Shown here: piece by piece, positions 63,355 to 64,000 of the stretch | Layout: each line of letters opens with the position of its first letter | Numbering within the stretch: the stretch's first letter is position 1 | Assembly: GCA_964247055.1 (NCBI GenBank) | Contig: OZ176051.1 | Span: forward strand, 12,090,001-12,154,000 | Origin: Paragordius varius | Lineage: Eukaryota; Animalia; Nematomorpha | DNA: 64,000 nucleotides | Direction: 5' to 3' | Made by a program: the position numbers and the translations under genes | Notes under the pieces: generated by a model | What the model was told of the DNA's origin: nothing | The model's database searches: none | What the model saw: the letters and a program-made list of their open reading frames with translations, nothing else

Positions 63355-64000
63355 AGTATTATATTAACTTTTATAAAATATTTAATATATATACGGGTAC
63401 AGAGGGGTAAAATATATGGTTATCGGAAAATAAATTAATTTTTTTTAGAGTTTATTTAAAAATAATTAGATAACACATGTATCGATATTTCTTTCCATTC
63501 CTAATATATACCAAATTTTGTTGACTCATATTTTTAATATTGAGATATTATATAGCTTTAATAGTAATAGTTAACCCCGCCCATCTTAAATATACCTTCG
63601 TCTCTATTCCCAACAATATTTATTACGGATGTTTTATGATTTAGAGATTGATTTTTCAAAAAAGTAGGCCACTATTTCAAAAAATGCTAAATATAAGTTA
63701 AAAAAACTTCAAATAGCGAGCGGAAGGCTAAATCTATCTCCAAAACTCGCACCGATTATAATCAAGCTACCCTTATACCCAAATCCCTATAACAGAAAGG
63801 TTTTTTACGAATTCAGTCCTCAAAAATCATGTTTTTATAACATTTTCCCGGGAATCGCTAGATCTTTTCAACGGTGCGCACAAATTATGGATCATTATCA
63901 ATCGACAGATATTGGTTTCAAAATTAATATCGAAGGGAATACCGTTAAAAACTAGAAAAGTTTTTTTAGTTTTTGCTGTTAACCAAAATTAAAACATCGG

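Overview
AT-rich (roughly three-quarters A+T by eye), intron-rich animal genomic DNA. It is probably from a protostome invertebrate; a horsehair worm (Nematomorpha) is my guess, but the sequence alone cannot establish that. I reconstructed five protein-coding genes by hand, exon by exon, with phase-consistent GT-AG introns. (1) The 3' part of a MEGF10/11/Draper/CED-1-like EGF-repeat receptor (+, 513-6414). (2) A complete 27-exon SF3B1 (-, 20666-6985, about 1394 aa). (3) A complete 17-exon CELF3-6-class RNA-binding protein gene (+, 26780-49394, about 1145 aa, with a greatly expanded linker). (4) A 3-exon gene for a 103-aa secreted protein I do not recognise (+, 59520-61135); it is only fragmentarily visible in the ORF track. 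(5) An intronless class A GPCR broken by one frameshift (-, 63354-62111). Introns and intergenic DNA are packed with small DNA transposons: TA-flanked Tc1/mariner-type MITEs, two TTAA-flanked piggyBac-like MITE families, hAT MITEs and foldback elements built of 21-bp repeats. There are also three larger hAT elements, a non-autonomous Helitron carrying a ~160-bp satellite, and an RTE LINE fragment, several of them nested. The most striking signals are the near-absence of the +5 G donor consensus across 52 reconstructed introns (9/52) and the hidden secreted-protein gene. No rRNA, tRNA or CRISPR array was found.
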